Assembly: GCA_963766075.1 (NCBI GenBank)
Contig: CAVYAN010000120.1
Location: 1-49,406 of the forward strand
Reading direction: 5' to 3'
Origin: an uncultured cyanobacterium
GTDB taxonomy: Bacteria; Cyanobacteriota; Cyanobacteriia; Leptolyngbyales; Leptolyngbyaceae
Length of the DNA stretch: 49,406 nt
Both the position numbers and the translations under genes were made by a program. Each line of letters begins with the position of its first letter. The first letter of the stretch is position 1. The notes below the pieces were generated by a model. The model ran no database searches, was not told the DNA's origin, and saw only the letters and a list, made by a program, of their open reading frames with translations. Below, in pieces: positions 39,081 through 49,217 of the stretch.

Positions 39081-40196
39081 ATGAAAATCATTAAAAAAAC
39101 GGCTTTAGTTTATTGTGAAAATGAATTTGGATTGGCGGATGGAAAAACTGCCGCAGGCTTGGTTCGACACTCTGAACTCTATCGCATTGTTGGAATTCTT
39201 GATAGTTCATTGGCAGGCAGGGATGCGGGAGAAGAATTAGCCGGTAAAAAGAACAACATTCCCATTTTCGCCAATTTAGATACGGCTTTGAGTAACCTTT
39301 CAGAGATTCCGGACTGTTACATCTACGGCAAAGCGCCCTTAGAAACCTATATATCCACTGAAGAAAGGCTTCTGATTTTAGAAGCGATGCAAAAAGGGAT
39401 GGATATCATTAATGGTCTTCATCAATTCTTCTCCGAGGATCAAGAATTTATCCACATGGCTATTCAGTGTGGTATCCAGATTAAAGACATCAGAAAACCT
39501 CCACAATTAAAAGATTTGCATGTCTTTACGGGTCAAATCTCTAAAGTAACTATTCCTGTCATTGCCGTGCTAGGTACCGATTGCGCGTGTGGGAAAATGA
39601 CTACCGCAGTGGAACTCAATAATGTTCTCAACAATTTGGGATTGAAGTCAGTCATGATTGCCACGGGGCAAACTAGCCTAATGCAGGGGTCAAGGTATGG
39701 TGCATCAATTGACGCCCTGGTTTCTCAATTTGCGATTGGTGAGATAGAAAATGCGGTTGTCCAAGCTTTTGATCACGAAAATCCCGATATTATTTTAGTC
39801 GAGGGACAAAGTGCCGTTAGCCATCCCGCTTTTATGAGTTCTCTGGGCATTTTAAAAGGAAGTATGCCCGATGGCATTATCCTCCAACACCCACCTGCCC
39901 GAAAATTTCGGTGTGATTTTCCTGATTTAGCGATGCCTACCCTTGAGAGTGAAATTCAACTGATTGAAGCGATTTCCTCAGCTCAGGTGATTGCGATCGC
40001 GTTAAGCCACGAAAACCTAGCAGATGAAGAAATTCCAAAAATTATCCAGGATTATGAGGATCGTCTGCACTTGCCCACGACGGATGTATTAAACTACGGG
40101 TGTCAAAAGCTTGTTCAAGCTTTAGGTGATTATTTTCCAAAATTGAACCAAAAAATTAAACGAAATTTAGAGATGCCTCTATTAGCAATGAGGTAG
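39081..40196 (+). CDS. DUF1611 domain protein (DgcN-like, P-loop)
   Basis: GKTA.GL.R, NGLH.F, DIRKP, GTDCACGKMTT, ATGQT, VEGQ...HP. Confidence 0.88.
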   Translation: MKIIKKTALVYCENEFGLADGKTAAGLVRHSELYRIVGILDSSLAGRDAGEELAGKKNNIPIFANLDTALSNLSEIPDCYIYGKAPLETYISTEERLLILEAMQKGMDIINGLHQFFSEDQEFIHMAIQCGIQIKDIRKPPQLKDLHVFTGQISKVTIPVIAVLGTDCACGKMTTAVELNNVLNNLGLKSVMIATGQTSLMQGSRYGASIDALVSQFAIGEIENAVVQAFDHENPDIILVEGQSAVSHPAFMSSLGILKGSMPDGIILQHPPARKFRCDFPDLAMPTLESEIQLIEAISSAQVIAIALSHENLADEEIPKIIQDYEDRLHLPTTDVLNYGCQKLVQALGDYFPKLNQKIKRNLEMPLLAMR

Positions 40197-40219
40197 ACGC
40201 AAAACGTCTAGATATGTAG

Positions 40220-41290
40220 ATGGAAGCGTTGATACCAAGAATAGAAATCTCCCTGGCTCAAATACGGCATAATGCCCGGATGTTAACCGAGCTGTATGGG
40301 CATAAGGGAATTTCCTTAATGGGAGTCTCTAAGGCGACATTAGGCGATCCCGCGATCGCTAGGGCGATGATTCAAGGCGGAGTAAAATTTATTGCCGACT
40401 CTCGCCTTGAAAATATTCAAAAAATGAAAAATTCGGGAATTGCAACTCCGTTTGTGCTTTTACGCACGGCCTTAAGTCAAGCAGATTCTATTATTAAAAA
40501 TGCGGATATTAGTCTCAACACGGAACTTGAGACGGTAAAAGAACTTTCCCATTATGCAAATATAAATAATAAGATTCATAAAATAATTTTGATGGTGGAG
40601 TTAGGTGATTTGCGAGAGGGAATCCTTCCCTGTGATCTGCCTCAGTTCATTAAAAAAGTTCTTGAACTATCCCACATTAAAATTATTGGCATTGGCTGCA
40701 ACTTGGCTTGCTATGGTGGCATCAAGCCGAATCACCAAAAAATGCTTGAGCTATCTAAATTGACTGATGCGATTGAAAAAGAATTTCAGATCAATTTGGA
40801 AGTTATTTCCGGCGGAAATTCGGCAAACTATGAATGGTATGAATCCGCACGAAAAGTTGGAAGAATTAATAACCTACGTTTAGGTGAATCGATTCTTTTA
40901 GGTTGCGAAACAGTCAGCCGAAAAGCTATTCCAGGCTTATACACGAATGCCTTTAAGTTGATTGCTGAAGTAATTGAGTCGAAAGAAAAGCCATCTTTAC
41001 CCTTTGGAGAAGTCTGCCAAGATGCTTTTGGAAATGTTCCCACCTTCCTAGATCGAGGCATTCGACGGAGAGTAATTATCGCTTTGGGAAGACAGGACAT
41101 TCTGGTATCTGGCTTAAGACCGAGTAAAGATGTGGAAATACTAGGATCTAGCAGCGATCATATTGTTCTCGATAGCAATAACCAGAATTTTAAGGTTGGC
41201 AGTGAAGTGAAGTTCAACCTAGATTATGGTGGGCTTCTCTCGGCAATGACGTCACCTTTTGTTAAGAAGAAATTTGTGGGCTGTTCTTAA
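40220..41290 (+). CDS. alanine/ornithine racemase family PLP-dependent enzyme (Orr/YhfX type)
   Basis: GVSKA (PLP Lys), ADSR, ELGDLREG, NLACYGG, SGGNS, LRLGE, DAFG, GRQD, SSDH. Confidence 0.88.
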   Translation: MEALIPRIEISLAQIRHNARMLTELYGHKGISLMGVSKATLGDPAIARAMIQGGVKFIADSRLENIQKMKNSGIATPFVLLRTALSQADSIIKNADISLNTELETVKELSHYANINNKIHKIILMVELGDLREGILPCDLPQFIKKVLELSHIKIIGIGCNLACYGGIKPNHQKMLELSKLTDAIEKEFQINLEVISGGNSANYEWYESARKVGRINNLRLGESILLGCETVSRKAIPGLYTNAFKLIAEVIESKEKPSLPFGEVCQDAFGNVPTFLDRGIRRRVIIALGRQDILVSGLRPSKDVEILGSSSDHIVLDSNNQNFKVGSEVKFNLDYGGLLSAMTSPFVKKKFVGCS

Positions 41291-41385
41291 ACCATCCGGA
41301 GCATTGCAGTTAAACAACAGCACCTATCACAAGAGCATTGCACTTTCTAAACGGGAGGTGGGTGATATTGAAGGTAGGCTCCCTT

Positions 41386-41411
41386 GCTCCCTTCGACTTC
41401 GCTCAGGGAGC
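41386..41411. repeat. REP-like palindrome GCTCCCTTCGACTTCGCTCAGGGAGC
   Basis: Near-identical to the copy at 46007-46031. Confidence 0.8.
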
Positions 41412-41457
41412 AATTGTCCAGCGCCGGAATTCGGGCTAAGGGGAGAACCAACGGCTG

Positions 41458-42195
41458 CTACTTCAGCATACGTTCCAGGAATTGCTGTGCCCGATCGCAC
41501 CGGGGATTGCTAAAAAACTCCTGGGGTGGTGAATCTTCCTCTAAAAAGCCTTGATTGAGGAACCAAACGCGATCCGAAACATCCCGCGCAAAGCCCATTT
41601 CGTGGGTCACGATCGCCATGGTCATTCCCGATCGTGCCAGTTCCTGCATGACCTCCAGAACTTCTTGCACCATCTCGGGATCCAGGGCCGAGGTCGGTTC
41701 GTCGAACAGAATGACTTCGGGCTGCATGGCGAGGGCACGGGCGATCGCCACCCGCTGCTTTTGTCCCCCAGATAGTTTCGAGGGATAAACGCCGGATTTT
41801 TCCGCTAATCCTACTTTGGTTAGCAGTTCCATCCCCGCCGCCTTGGCAGTGGCAGCGGGCACCTGGTTGACTTTGATGGGTGCATAGGTGACATTTTCTA
41901 GCACGGTCATATGGGGAAACAAGTGAAAATGCTGAAACACCATGCCCACTTTTTGGCGAACTTTAGCAATATTGACCTTGGCGTCGGTGATGTCCTGATC
42001 GCGAAAGTAAATATGCCCTTGGGTCGGTTTTTCGAGCAGATTCATACAGCGTAACAGCGTCGATTTGCCACAGCCCGATGGCCCCAGCACCGCCACGACT
42101 TCGCCCTGATGGAGTTCAGTAGAAATGCCTTTTAAGACCTGGAGAGCACCAAAGGATTTGTGCAAAGAATCGGTGCGGAGAATGACTTCGTTCAT
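41458..42195 (-). CDS. polar amino acid ABC transporter ATP-binding protein (GlnQ/BgtA-like)
   Basis: [48 protein letters not shown]. Confidence 0.93.
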   Translation of the reverse strand: MNEVILRTDSLHKSFGALQVLKGISTELHQGEVVAVLGPSGCGKSTLLRCMNLLEKPTQGHIYFRDQDITDAKVNIAKVRQKVGMVFQHFHLFPHMTVLENVTYAPIKVNQVPAATAKAAGMELLTKVGLAEKSGVYPSKLSGGQKQRVAIARALAMQPEVILFDEPTSALDPEMVQEVLEVMQELARSGMTMAIVTHEMGFARDVSDRVWFLNQGFLEEDSPPQEFFSNPRCDRAQQFLERMLK

Positions 42196-42248
42196 AGGGA
42201 GGGAGTAAGGTTGAGTTATGGAGTTGCATTCAAAATTTGCACTGATAA

Positions 42249-43742
42249 CTAGTCGCTCCGCTTCAAGCGCTGCTCTAATTTCCCAGCGATGGAAGTGAGT
42301 CCAATGACCAAGAGGTAATAGATCAGTCCAGCGATCAGCAGGGGTTCAAAGTAAATGTATTTGTTGGAGCCGACGATTTGGCTGGCGCGGAGGGTTTCGA
42401 CTACGCCAACGGTGGAGACGAGGGAGGAGTCCTTGAGCAGCGAGACGGTTTCGTTGACGAGGGCGGGCAGGATGTTTTTGAGCGCCTGGGGCAGGATCAC
42501 GTCTTTCATCATCATCGGGTAGGGAATGCCTAGGGACATGGAGGCTTCGCTTTGGCCGCGATCGACCGCTTGAATCCCCGCGCGGATAGTTTCCGACATG
42601 TAGGCCCCGGAATTGAGGGTAAAGGTGGTGACGCCGGCTTGCAGGGGGGTGATGTCAAACCCGATTAATTGAGGGATGGCGTAGTAGATCAGCGACAGTT
42701 GTAGCAGCAGGGGCGTCCCGCGAAAGATTGAGGTGTAGGCATTGGCAAACCACTGGAGCGGCTTGAGGCGAGAGATCTTCAGCAGAGACAGCCCGGTAGC
42801 GGCGAACAGACCCAAAAAGACAGAGCAGAGGGTGAACAGTAGCGTGGTGGGAATCCCTTTCAGAATGAACAGGTAGTCATCCCAACTGAGGCGACGGAAG
42901 TCAATGTTGAGGCCGCTGGGTTTTTCGGGGGCAGGTGTGGCCGCATCCGCCGGGGCAATGTTCTTGGAAAACCACTGTTTGGCGAGGGTGGCGAGTTCGC
43001 CGCTGTCCTTCATTTTCGTAAGGACGGTGTTGAACTGAGGCACCAGTTTGGAGCCTTTGGGGAAGGCGATCGCCGATCCGGACTGCTCTTCCGAGGAAAT
43101 GGCATGAAACTCCAACTCGGGATTGGACTGAATGAAACCCTGGGCTACCGTATCTTCGACAATGGCAGCATCAATGCGTTTAGCTTTGATTTCTTGAATA
43201 ATATCAGGCACCTTATTCAATTGCTTCAACTGCATTGGATTCTTTTCAGCAATCTTCTTTGCATTTTGTTCTTGAATGGTGCCTAATTGTACCCCCACGG
43301 TTTTGCCCTTGAGGTCTTCCGGTTTAGTAAGATTGCTGCCTTTGGGAGCGACAATCGTGTCCTTGGCGTCGTAGTAAATGATGGAGAAGTCAAGGTTTTG
43401 TTTGCGCTCCGGAGTGGGCGTCATTCCAGCCATCACGAAATCGGCCCGTCCAGCTTGCAGAGCGGGAATCAGACCATTAAAGTCGGACTCCTGAATTTTT
43501 AACTTGAATCCCAGCTCCTTGGCCAGCGTGTTGGCAATATCGATGTCAAATCCAACGATTTTGCGATCGCCGCCCTGGGTGTCATAGAACTCGTAGGGCG
43601 GATAGTCCGGGGACGTAATCATCACCAATTCGGCTTTGCCCACGGCGGACTGGGCCGTAGCCCGGTGGAAGGGAAAGGCGATCGCCCCCACCGTGATCAA
43701 AACCGCCAACAGCCCCATCCACACCCATGTTTTTAATTTCAT
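42249..43742 (-). CDS. fused polar amino acid ABC substrate-binding + permease protein (BgtB-like)
   Basis: DYPPYEF, GFDID, AGMTPT.ER (SBP family 3) fused to FRGTPLL.Q, AY.SE.IR.GI, ILPQA, LKDSS. Confidence 0.9.
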   Translation of the reverse strand: MKLKTWVWMGLLAVLITVGAIAFPFHRATAQSAVGKAELVMITSPDYPPYEFYDTQGGDRKIVGFDIDIANTLAKELGFKLKIQESDFNGLIPALQAGRADFVMAGMTPTPERKQNLDFSIIYYDAKDTIVAPKGSNLTKPEDLKGKTVGVQLGTIQEQNAKKIAEKNPMQLKQLNKVPDIIQEIKAKRIDAAIVEDTVAQGFIQSNPELEFHAISSEEQSGSAIAFPKGSKLVPQFNTVLTKMKDSGELATLAKQWFSKNIAPADAATPAPEKPSGLNIDFRRLSWDDYLFILKGIPTTLLFTLCSVFLGLFAATGLSLLKISRLKPLQWFANAYTSIFRGTPLLLQLSLIYYAIPQLIGFDITPLQAGVTTFTLNSGAYMSETIRAGIQAVDRGQSEASMSLGIPYPMMMKDVILPQALKNILPALVNETVSLLKDSSLVSTVGVVETLRASQIVGSNKYIYFEPLLIAGLIYYLLVIGLTSIAGKLEQRLKRSD

Positions 43743-43797
43743 CGATCCATCTCCCTCACAACGTCCCTAACTCTCTCTCTACAAATCTGCCGCCTGC

Positions 43798-43837
43798 GAA
43801 CTGGCCCGTGAACTGGCCCATAAACTGGCCCATAAAC
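43798..43837. repeat. 12-bp tandem repeat x3 ([G/A]AACTGGCCC[G/A]T)
   Basis: Read directly, immediately after the porin stop. Confidence 0.88.
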
Positions 43838-43842
43838 GGCGT

Positions 43843-45648
43843 CTAAAACGTAAACGCTGTCCGAATAACGCCAATCACGGCATCGGGATTACGGGCATCA
43901 TGGTTCGGGGCCGTCAGCCAAAAAATCCCCGGCGTCACTGAAATGTGATCATTGACCTGAATCCGGTAAAACACTTCCAAGTGCAGCCCGACATCGCGAT
44001 CTTCCCTGCGGCCATCGGGCAGGCCGATCGCCGCAGCCACTTGGGCATTGCTCGTCTCCGTGACGCGGGGCTGCATGCCGACGACGACTCCGCCCAAATT
44101 GCCCGCTTTGAACAGATCTGGAAAGGCCAGGGTGACGGCGTAGTTCAGCACCTTGACCTCGCCCCGATTCCCCGTGGGCAGCCCTAGGGTATCAACGCCC
44201 AAGACCGTGGCATCGGCATAGCCAACCCAGCCACCCAGTTGGAATTTAGGGCTGAATTTGTAATTGGCAACGAAGCCAAAATGATCCGCAGCGACGCGAT
44301 CATCATTGGCTGTGCTAAAGCCACCCGTGCTCACCTTGGCCGCATTGCTGCCAGCCAGGGTATCAATGCCAAACTGTGGCGTGTAGGTGTTTAGGTAAAA
44401 CAATCCCGCAGTCAGGTTACCGGCGTAGACTGTGGCTTGGCCAAAGGCGGTGTAGCCGCCATTAAATAGTCCGGAACTGCCATCGGGTCGGTTGGGGTCG
44501 CCGATGCCGTCGGCTCCCTGTCCGGCATACCCGGCGGCAAGGGTTAACCAATCCGTCAGCTTATAGTCCACGCCTAATCCGACCAAATTGCCCATGGGGT
44601 AGTAGAGCGGGTTGGAATTGGCAAAGTTAGAAATTGAGCCAGTGGCAAAGTCGCTAAAGGGAGTGACGGGATCCGCACCCAGAAACGTGGGGTCAGTTTC
44701 TCCAGCATGGAGATGGAGATTGAGGCGATCGCCCACGGGAAAGTCATAGCCCAAAAATTGAATCCGCAGTGATCCATCATTCTTGCCCTGGGACGCAAAC
44801 GAGGGCAACACGCGGGCCTCGTCGGAAAAAGCCGCAGGGAAAGTCGTCGCGTAGCGCTGGGGAGCACCAAATCCGCCGCCCGCTGCATTAGTAATTGTAG
44901 GATTGCCCGCGCTAAACAGGTTAAAGTTGGAGGCTTGCAAGCGGGTTCGGAGCCGATCTTTTCCCGTAAAGCTGGTGTCTAGATTCAGCCGCACCCGATA
45001 GCTGACCGTGGCGTTGTTCGTATCACTCGCCGCATCGCCAAAGGCATCCCCCAGGTAGGTCAGGACTTCGCCGTTGAGCTTGGTGGTAGTGGAAAACTGC
45101 TGTTTTTCGAGGGTGGCGGTGCGGGCTTCTAGGCTATCTACCCGTCCCCGCAGGGTAGCCAGTTCGGCGGCAAACTCTGCTTGCAGTTTCTTCAGGGTTT
45201 CTAGGTCTTCTTTTTTGACGAAATCAGCCGTGGCCGCTCCGAGTAGCTCATTCACGCGATCCATGCACGCATTCAGCCCCGCGGCAAATTCATAACGGGT
45301 CATGGCCCGGTTGCCCCGATAGGTCTTGTCGGGATAGCCGACAATGCAGCCATAGCGCTCGACCAGGGATTGCAAGGCTTGAAAGGCCCAGTCTGTGGGC
45401 TTGACGTCCGTCAGTTGGGACACGGATGTGACCTGATCCATTGCCGTGGATGGGGCCGTGTTCCGGTCCATATGCTCTTCTAACACTGGCCTTCCGGCCT
45501 GGGTCGGAGTGGGGAACTGCGCCATCCCCCGATCGCCCCAAACTAAACCAGAAACGAGGATGAAAATGCCTAAGCCTATGCGATCGCGGCCACCCTCCCG
45601 CCGCTGAATCTGACAATTACCCATAATTCTATGCATCGCGCTCCCCAC
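43843..45648 (-). CDS. second SLH-domain porin (OprB / iron-uptake porin family); start uncertain
   Basis: QVTSVSQLTDVKPTDWAFQALQSLVERYGC, FSTTTKL.GE, C-terminal RTAFTF. Confidence 0.92.
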   Translation of the reverse strand: MGSAMHRIMGNCQIQRREGGRDRIGLGIFILVSGLVWGDRGMAQFPTPTQAGRPVLEEHMDRNTAPSTAMDQVTSVSQLTDVKPTDWAFQALQSLVERYGCIVGYPDKTYRGNRAMTRYEFAAGLNACMDRVNELLGAATADFVKKEDLETLKKLQAEFAAELATLRGRVDSLEARTATLEKQQFSTTTKLNGEVLTYLGDAFGDAASDTNNATVSYRVRLNLDTSFTGKDRLRTRLQASNFNLFSAGNPTITNAAGGGFGAPQRYATTFPAAFSDEARVLPSFASQGKNDGSLRIQFLGYDFPVGDRLNLHLHAGETDPTFLGADPVTPFSDFATGSISNFANSNPLYYPMGNLVGLGVDYKLTDWLTLAAGYAGQGADGIGDPNRPDGSSGLFNGGYTAFGQATVYAGNLTAGLFYLNTYTPQFGIDTLAGSNAAKVSTGGFSTANDDRVAADHFGFVANYKFSPKFQLGGWVGYADATVLGVDTLGLPTGNRGEVKVLNYAVTLAFPDLFKAGNLGGVVVGMQPRVTETSNAQVAAAIGLPDGRREDRDVGLHLEVFYRIQVNDHISVTPGIFWLTAPNHDARNPDAVIGVIRTAFTF

Positions 45649-45886
45649 ACAACAACGATTCCTCTACCAATCCAGCCTGGGTGTTATCAGACAGTAACAC
45701 CCTAGGCTCGCCCATCGTAGAAGGCTGACACGCCTCTCGTGGAATCGATTGATACCAAATAATCCCAAGAATCGCGGCAAGTTTCGGATTTATTGCAGAT
45801 CTATCCGGGTTTCAGGAGTGCCAACGGCTGGGGAGCGCCGTAACTACTCAGCGATCGCGATCGCCTCTCTAGGGTTGCCGAGGTTG

Positions 45887-45966
45887 ACCCACCCCGCCCT
45901 GCGGGCACCCCTCCCAGGAGGGGATATTTTCGAGCATTCCCTTCCTGGGAGGGGTTCGGGGTGGGT
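45887..45966. repeat. GC-rich palindromic REP/MITE-like element
   Basis: ACCCACCCC...CCCCTCCCAGGAGGGGA ... TTCCCTTCCTGGGAGGGG...GGGGTGGGT nested inverted arms. Confidence 0.8.
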
Positions 45967-46006
45967 GCAACGGATGGCACAAGCTGAGTAATAGCATCAA
46001 GATATA

Positions 46007-46073
46007 GCTCCCTTCGACTCCGCTCAGGGAGAAGTTTTCAGTTCGTTGAGCGGAGTCGAAACGAACTGAAAAC
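46007..46073. repeat. REP-like element TTCGACTCCGCTCA ... TGAGCGGAGTCGAA interleaved with GTTTTCAGTTCG/CGAACTGAAAAC arms
   Basis: Two interleaved inverted-repeat pairs read directly. Confidence 0.85.
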
Positions 46074-46144
46074 GGTGAACCTATTGTGGGATAACGCCTT
46101 AGATTAATTTCCAGGCTGAAAAGTTCACCGCCGTTCTGTCAGGG

Positions 46145-46873
46145 TCAGGCTTGATAGTTCACAATCCGGGCAAAACTCTCAGGCTGCAAACTGGCTCCTC
46201 CCACCAAGGCGCCATCAATTTCCGGCTGGGCCATGATTTCGTCCACATTCTTGGGATTGACCGAGCCACCGTACTGAATCGTCACATTGGGGTTCGTCAG
46301 CTTACTGCGAATCAGCCCAATCACCCGGTTCGCTTCCTTGGATTCGCAGGTGTCTCCGGTGCCGATCGCCCAAATCGGTTCATAGGCGATCACCAAATTA
46401 GTTTGGTCCACATCCACCAAGTCCTGGGCCAACTGGTCAAAAATGATCGCTTCCGTCTGGTCGGCATCGCGCTGCTGCTTGGTTTCACCCACACACAGAA
46501 TTGGCGTTAACCCGGCTTTCTGGGCCGCTTTCAGGCGCAGATTCACCGTCTCATCGGTTTCGCCAAAGTACTGCCGCCGCTCACTGTGGCCAATCACCAC
46601 ATAGCGCACACCAACTTCCATCAGCATGGCCGCCGAAACTTCTCCGGTAAAGGCCCCGGACTCGGCCCAGTGAACGTTCTGAGCACCTAGGCGGATTAAG
46701 CTACCGTGCAAACTTTTGGACATAATATCCAAGGCCGTAAACGGAACACAGAGCACGACTTCGCGATCTCCAGGTGTTTCCGCCAAGAGTGGGGCAAACC
46801 CTTGCAGAAACTCCATGGCCTCTGCCTGAGTCTTAAACATTTTCCAGTTGCCAGCAAGAATAATTTTGCGCAC
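46145..46873 (-). CDS. tpiA: triosephosphate isomerase
   Basis: [41 protein letters not shown]. Confidence 0.97.
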   Translation of the reverse strand: MRKIILAGNWKMFKTQAEAMEFLQGFAPLLAETPGDREVVLCVPFTALDIMSKSLHGSLIRLGAQNVHWAESGAFTGEVSAAMLMEVGVRYVVIGHSERRQYFGETDETVNLRLKAAQKAGLTPILCVGETKQQRDADQTEAIIFDQLAQDLVDVDQTNLVIAYEPIWAIGTGDTCESKEANRVIGLIRSKLTNPNVTIQYGGSVNPKNVDEIMAQPEIDGALVGGASLQPESFARIVNYQA

Positions 46874-47072
46874 GAGTCACCCGGTAAGCTTCAACACATT
46901 TCGACTGCGTTCTCCAGTTTACGGCTTTGGGTACCCCTTGAGATAGTTTTGGAGAGAGTTTTGGGGCGAGTTTGAGGGCTTGGTTTTGGCAACACCTCCG
47001 TTTGGGTGTATCTTCCGCGATCCCGATTCCGTTACAATCCTTAAAGGAACTCTCAGAAGGATGGATCTAAGG

Positions 47073-48542
47073 ATGCGGGTGGCAATTGTTGGGGCAGGAC
47101 TAGCCGGACTGGCAACAGCGGTGGAACTCGTAGACGCGGGACACACCGTGGAGTTGTTCGAGTCGCGTCCGTTTGTGGGCGGCAAGGTGGGCAGTTGGAT
47201 CGATGCGGATGGCAACCATATTGAAATGGGGCTGCATGTGTTCTTCAACAACTATGCCAACCTTTTTGCGCTGATGCAAAAGGTGGGAGCCTATGAAAAT
47301 CTGCTGCCGAAGGAGCATGTCCATACCTTTATTAATCGCGGTGGGCAGATTGGGGCATTGGACTTTCGGTTTTTGTTGGGAGCCCCCTTCCACGGGCTGA
47401 AGGCGTTTTTTACCACGGGCCAGTTGACGGTGCAGGATAAGCTGCAAAATGCGATCGCCCTGGGTACGAGTCCGATCGTTCCCGGCTTGGTCAATTTTGA
47501 CTTTGCCATGAAAATCATCCGCAACTTGGACGGGATTAGCTTTGCCGACTGGTTCCGCAAGCAAGGCGGCTCCCAAAATAGCCTGAAGCGGATGTGGGAT
47601 CCCATTGCCCTGGCCTTGGGCTTCATCGATACGGAAAATATCTCGGCCCGTTGCATGCTGACGATCTTTATGATGTTTGCGGCCAAGACGGAAGCCTCGC
47701 GGTTGAATCTGCTGGCGGGATCGCCGGGGGAATATTTAATCAAGCCGATTGTGCAATACCTGGAAGCCCACGGTGGCAAGGTCCATACTCGGCGGCAGAC
47801 GCGGCAGATTTTGTTTGCGGAGGAGCAGGGGGCGACAACGGTGACGGGGCTAGTGGTGGCCGAGGGCGATCGCGAAGAGACGATCACCGCGGATGCCTAT
47901 GTGGTGGCCTGTGATGTGCCGGGAGTGCAGCGGTTGTTACCGGCGGCATGGCGAAAATGGCCGGAGTTTGACAATATCTATCAGTTGGAGGCGGTGCCGG
48001 TGGCGACGGTCCAACTGCGATTTGATGGCTGGGTGACGGAGCTGAACGATGCGGCGGCCCGCCAGCAATTGGATCACGCGGCGGGGATTGACAATCTGTT
48101 GTATAGTGCCGATGCGGATTTCTCCTGCTTTTCGGATTTGGCCCTGTCCAGTCCCAAGGATTACTATCGGGAGGGCCAGGGGTCGCTGATTCAACTGGTG
48201 CTGACGCCCGGTGATCAGTTTGTGCCGATGAGCAATGAGGCGATCGTCCAGCATGCGCTGAAGCAGCTCCATGATCTGTTTCCCTCGGCCCGTGAATTAA
48301 CCCTCACCTGGTCGAATGTGGTGAAGCTGGCCCAATCGCTCTACCGGGAAAAGCCGGGGATGGATCCCTATCGGCCCAGCCAAAAGACCCCGATCGCGAA
48401 TTTCTTCCTGGCGGGCAGCTACACCCAGCAGGACTATATTGACAGTATGGAGGGGGCGACGATTTCCGGGAAGCAAGCCGCTGCCAAAATTCTGGAACCC
48501 ACGGGTTATCAGGTGCAGGGTGTAGGATTGTTTAAGTACTAG
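47073..48542 (+). CDS. zds: 9,9'-di-cis-zeta-carotene desaturase (Zds/CrtQ)
   Basis: [54 protein letters not shown]. Confidence 0.95.
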   Translation: MRVAIVGAGLAGLATAVELVDAGHTVELFESRPFVGGKVGSWIDADGNHIEMGLHVFFNNYANLFALMQKVGAYENLLPKEHVHTFINRGGQIGALDFRFLLGAPFHGLKAFFTTGQLTVQDKLQNAIALGTSPIVPGLVNFDFAMKIIRNLDGISFADWFRKQGGSQNSLKRMWDPIALALGFIDTENISARCMLTIFMMFAAKTEASRLNLLAGSPGEYLIKPIVQYLEAHGGKVHTRRQTRQILFAEEQGATTVTGLVVAEGDREETITADAYVVACDVPGVQRLLPAAWRKWPEFDNIYQLEAVPVATVQLRFDGWVTELNDAAARQQLDHAAGIDNLLYSADADFSCFSDLALSSPKDYYREGQGSLIQLVLTPGDQFVPMSNEAIVQHALKQLHDLFPSARELTLTWSNVVKLAQSLYREKPGMDPYRPSQKTPIANFFLAGSYTQQDYIDSMEGATISGKQAAAKILEPTGYQVQGVGLFKY

Positions 48543-48573
48543 ATTGTTTAGGTTTAAGTACTAGATTGTTTAG
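48530..48573. repeat. 22-bp tandem duplication spanning the zds stop codon
   Basis: GTTTAAGTACTAGATTGTTTAG x2. Confidence 0.9.
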
Positions 48574-48654
48574 ATACTCGATCTCCCGATCGCTGAAAAA
48601 TCTGGGTTTTAGCGACGCGGCAAAATCCACAGTCCTCTCCTTCTGAGATTTACC

Positions 48655-49116
48655 ATGGCTGACTGGCTCGAACATAGTGTGCAGGTAGAAGTGCCGACGG
48701 CTATTGATCACGTTTGGAGTTTGTGGTCTGATTTGGAGCAAATGCCGAAATGGATGAAGTGGATTGATTCGGTGACGGTGCCGCCGGATGATCCACAGAT
48801 GTCGAACTGGAAGCTGGCGACGGGGGGGCTGGAGTTCACTTGGCGATCGCACATTTCTAAGGTCATCCCTAACCAAATTATCCAGTGGGAGTCGGTGGAT
48901 GGTTTGCCAAACCGAGGGGCGATCCGATTTTATGATCGGGGGGAAGCGGGCAGCATTGTGAAGTTGACTATTGCCTATTCGGTGCCGGGATTTCTGTTTC
49001 AGTTAATGGACAATCTGTTTATTGGTCGGGTGGTGGAATCGACGCTGCAAGCGGATATGAATCGGTTTCGGGAGTATGCGATTCAGGCCCAAGCGGCGGC
49101 AGATGCGCCGGAATAA
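48655..49116 (+). CDS. SRPBCC (polyketide cyclase/START-like) family protein
   Basis: WLEHSVQVEV, WSDLEQMPKWMKWI, WESVDGLPNRG.IRF; common neighbour of zds. Confidence 0.88.
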   Translation: MADWLEHSVQVEVPTAIDHVWSLWSDLEQMPKWMKWIDSVTVPPDDPQMSNWKLATGGLEFTWRSHISKVIPNQIIQWESVDGLPNRGAIRFYDRGEAGSIVKLTIAYSVPGFLFQLMDNLFIGRVVESTLQADMNRFREYAIQAQAAADAPE

Positions 49117-49217
49117 TTGGGCCTGAGTCGGGGTTTGTTCTCCTGCATGGGACGGCGGCGATCGCGGTGGGGATGGCCAGATTTTGCTGGGATAGGGGCG
49201 ATCGCCGGGGCAGTGGG

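Noticed and set aside
33500..45440. High DNA similarity between the two porin 5' regions as a recent duplication
   Set aside because: It is confined to the SLH/coiled-coil segment that is strongly conserved in this porin family; the barrel regions are divergent
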